DNA of 64,000 nucleotides from an uncultured Azospirillaceae bacterium (GTDB lineage Bacteria; Pseudomonadota; Alphaproteobacteria; RF32; CAG-239), in NCBI GenBank assembly GCA_964410325.1, contig CAYPFN010000005.1:9087-73086 (forward strand), given 5' to 3'. Position numbers and translations under genes: made by a program. The notes under the pieces are model-generated. The model did no database searches and was not told the origin of the DNA. It saw only the letters and a program-made list of their open reading frames with translations. This document shows, one piece after another, positions 61,496-64,000 of this stretch; the first letter of the stretch is position 1; the number at the start of each line of letters is the position of its first letter.

Positions 61496-62149
61496 ATGAT
61501 AGAAATCGTCTTGGACAAAAACTTCACAATTGATACTTTCCACAATCAGGCTTGTCCCGTATATGTTTTACCACATTTTAACGGCAAGGATATTTTTGAC
61601 TATCTGTCGCTGGCTCAAAATATTATCGCTTATTTTTCTGATAACAGAGTTGGCATCATTCGCTTAAAAGATGAAAGATGCAATCGCAACATGCTGGCAT
61701 TGGCCCTGTTTATAGAGTCTTGCCGAACAGAAACAATATTAGAATGTGCCGTTTTCAAGATTAAAGACTATGAACAGGCTCTTGCCGAATATAAACCTTA
61801 CATAAGTTTAAGCTATGCAATGAAGCTGGCTCTTCGGCTTTGTCATCAACCGCCCGCTGATACATATCATGAACTTAAGAATATGCAATATTTAGGGCTA
61901 GACATCCACGTTGATTATCTGAAAAATAAAATATATTCAACACTTCCCGGTAGCGGCCTTCCTTGCCGTTTCACCACGCATACGACATCCGAAGCCATTA
62001 TAGCCGCGGCTACGCTTAAAGCTTTATCCCTCGCCAAAAGCGGCGCGCATATCGAATTTGAAATCAACATTAACAATCAAGATACTTATATCAACCAGGA
62101 TATGATTATCAGCCGCATTATTGAAAATGTCCATCCATGGATACATTAA
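61496..62149 (+). CDS. hypothetical protein (217 aa) translationally coupled to the XAT gene
   Basis: ATG 1 nt after the XAT stop (TAAAATG); no domain recognised. Confidence 0.5.
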   Translation: MIEIVLDKNFTIDTFHNQACPVYVLPHFNGKDIFDYLSLAQNIIAYFSDNRVGIIRLKDERCNRNMLALALFIESCRTETILECAVFKIKDYEQALAEYKPYISLSYAMKLALRLCHQPPADTYHELKNMQYLGLDIHVDYLKNKIYSTLPGSGLPCRFTTHTTSEAIIAAATLKALSLAKSGAHIEFEININNQDTYINQDMIISRIIENVHPWIH

Positions 62150-62252
62150 CCGCCCAAACATCCTTATCTGAAGAAACAGCTGGTTTTGCCCTGTTTTTAA
62201 ATTTGCCCTGAAGACAAAATATGCCCATCTCTGAGTTTTGAAAACTATATGC

Positions 62253-62282
62253 AAAAAAAAGCAAGCCCTGCAATGCGGGGCT
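62253..62282 (-). terminator. terminator of fadL-like gene
   Basis: On the minus strand AGCCCCGCATTGCAGGGCT followed by T8. Confidence 0.8.
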
Positions 62283-62310
62283 TACCTATAAAAACGGATA
62301 AATCTTCGGC

Positions 62311-63594
62311 TTAAAACTTGTAGTTCAGCGACAAACCGAACAACTGAACCGAATTGGTATAATCCGCCGTTACATGACTGCCGTCGTTGCCGGTCAAAGA
62401 TGTATCCAGATGAGCGTCATGAGCTTTAATATAAGTATAAGCCAGATCAAAGCTCAAATGGTCGTTATACTGATAATTTAAACCAGTTGAATACCAGATT
62501 CTGTCAGAATCCGGAATACGCGGCGTCCGATGTTGCAACCTAACCGCGCTTTGGTCATAAGCCAAACCTAAACGCCACTTCCATTGGTGGTCAATCTGAT
62601 AACTGGCACCAATGGCAAAAAAGTTGGTATCGCGCCAATTCTCTTTAACTTGGCTTAAAACTTCGCCATCAGCATCTTTGACAATCAGATTTTTAAATGA
62701 ACTCCAGAAAACCCGCTGATATTCAGCCATAACCGCCCATTTATCATTAATCTGGTGAAAAATACCCATAGACAGCATTTCCGGCGTTCTTAAGCGCGCA
62801 CTGATATCTCCGCTAAGCGAGGCAGCAATGTCTGGAACGGTAGAAGAGGCATCCAGATCGCCACGCAGCTTATGTTTAACATCGCTACGATAAGCAAGAC
62901 CAACACGCGTATTTTCATTAAATTCATACATAGCACCTAATTGATAACCGATATCAAACGCATCACCTTCCATGGCCGCATAATACGGATATTGGCTATA
63001 CACGGCTCCGGTATTGGTCAGACGCGCTTTAACATACTGCATCTGCAGGCCGGCACCCAAAGATAATTTATCCGTCACTTTATAAGCCGCCATCGGCGTA
63101 ACCGTAACCGTCGTCAGTTTAGAGGTAATACCATGGTCCGAACCAACCCAATCCTGGTCATATTTGGTAATCATGCCGTATGGGATGTTTAAGGCCAACC
63201 CCAAAAAAACCTTGTCATTCAGCTGGTGCGAAATTGTGGCGTTCGGTGCCACGGAGGCATGCACGATATTATTAATATCTGAGCCACGCGAACCGTCGCC
63301 TTGCACATTGGAAGCTTCTGCCCGTGGCGCAATATAAGTGCCACCGATATTCAGCTGCGTACCTTTCTGACGGGTTAAGCCCGCTACATTAAAATAAGCA
63401 TAGGAATTATTTTCGGCACCAGCCGTTGCGCCGGCAAAAGCATTGCCTTGCGCAGCTGCAGACTGTTCTCTCAAATGAAAGCCAGCCGCATTGGCATTGG
63501 CAGCCAACAAAATCGTGCCTAATGCCGTCATCGTTAAAGCTATGTTGTTTTTCATAAGTTTTTTTTCACTTCTATAGTTAATCCAAAGCAACAT
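62311..63594 (-). CDS. FadL/TodX-family outer-membrane hydrophobic-compound transporter
   Basis: 427 aa, signal peptide, beta-barrel ending ...LSLNYKF. Confidence 0.85.
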   Translation of the reverse strand: MLLWINYRSEKKLMKNNIALTMTALGTILLAANANAAGFHLREQSAAAQGNAFAGATAGAENNSYAYFNVAGLTRQKGTQLNIGGTYIAPRAEASNVQGDGSRGSDINNIVHASVAPNATISHQLNDKVFLGLALNIPYGMITKYDQDWVGSDHGITSKLTTVTVTPMAAYKVTDKLSLGAGLQMQYVKARLTNTGAVYSQYPYYAAMEGDAFDIGYQLGAMYEFNENTRVGLAYRSDVKHKLRGDLDASSTVPDIAASLSGDISARLRTPEMLSMGIFHQINDKWAVMAEYQRVFWSSFKNLIVKDADGEVLSQVKENWRDTNFFAIGASYQIDHQWKWRLGLAYDQSAVRLQHRTPRIPDSDRIWYSTGLNYQYNDHLSFDLAYTYIKAHDAHLDTSLTGNDGSHVTADYTNSVQLFGLSLNYKF

Positions 63595-63877
63595 AATATG
63601 CCCGATGCCTTACCTATTATTTATTTTTGCTTGTAACATTTGCGGCATATTGTCTGTCAAAATGTACATAATATGTTACGTTGCAGTTTTATACATAAAA
63701 TTTGCCGATAAAGCAAGGGATTAAAACACAACAATGCATAAATTTTAAATTTGCATTTAATATCAATATGTTAACCTGGGCTCTTCCGCAACTGTCCACT
63801 AGGCTATTTTTTATCTTTACAAAAAAGTCCTTTTTGTATACAAGACTTTATATGGTGTAAACTGTGGAGTAAAATTT

Positions 63878-64000
63878 TTGAATAATTTCGTCAAATGGTG
63901 CTTACGTACTTTCTTTTATATATTCAAAACCAGATGTACAATCGAATTTAAGGCCAAACAATTGCCTAAAAAGGGTGTTTATGTATCCAATCATGTTTCC
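63878..64000 (+). CDS. 1-acyl-sn-glycerol-3-phosphate acyltransferase-like (PlsC family), N-terminal fragment; runs off window end
   Basis: TTG start; ...KGVYVSNHVS is the start of the H(X)4D acyltransferase motif. Confidence 0.35.
   Translation, partial: MNNFVKWCLRTFFYIFKTRCTIEFKAKQLPKKGVYVSNHVS

Noticed and set aside
1-64000. CRISPR arrays, prophage blocks, toxin-antitoxin pairs
   Set aside because: No regularly spaced direct repeats, no phage structural genes and no recognisable TA-sized gene pairs were seen on either strand.

Overview
The window is AT-rich chromosomal DNA that looks alphaproteobacterial. Evidence: the alpha-type LexA N-terminus MLTEKQYRLLLFI with a GAAC-N7-GAAC box in its own promoter, a ChpT-like phosphotransferase, and a 579-aa FtsZ with a long acidic linker ending DIPSFLRRK. 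Unusually for that lineage it carries anaerobe-type genes: a pyruvate:ferredoxin/flavodoxin oxidoreductase (the ORF track misses it because it runs off the 5' edge), rubrerythrin, and two flavodoxin-like proteins. Housekeeping blocks are thyA-folA, a shortened cell-division/cell-wall cluster (mraY-ftsW-murB-ftsQ-ftsA-ftsZ), cysE, glgB-glgX-malQ, recJ, trmFO, lysS, lexA, two OmpR/HK two-component systems (one qseBC-ygiW-like), tRNA-Glu and tRNA-Asp. The most interesting stretch is 45.9-53.4 kb, an AT-rich surface-glycan islet. It holds three tightly coupled glycosyltransferase genes, two of them interrupted by identical G9/C9 homopolymers that sit exactly at the frame junctions, which suggests a slipped-strand phase-variation switch. 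It also holds a GT8 gene, a secreted esterase, and two paralogous Hin/resolvase-size serine recombinases (one a pseudogene) next to tRNA-Glu. The pseudogene is bracketed by inverted copies of its own RBS and start region, and the left copy abuts the start of the glycosyltransferase operon. A further A12 tract forms the spacer of a sigma70-like promoter upstream of a cysteine-rich secreted protein gene. Several other gene pairs of unknown function are flagged. No CRISPR array, prophage or classical integrase island was seen.
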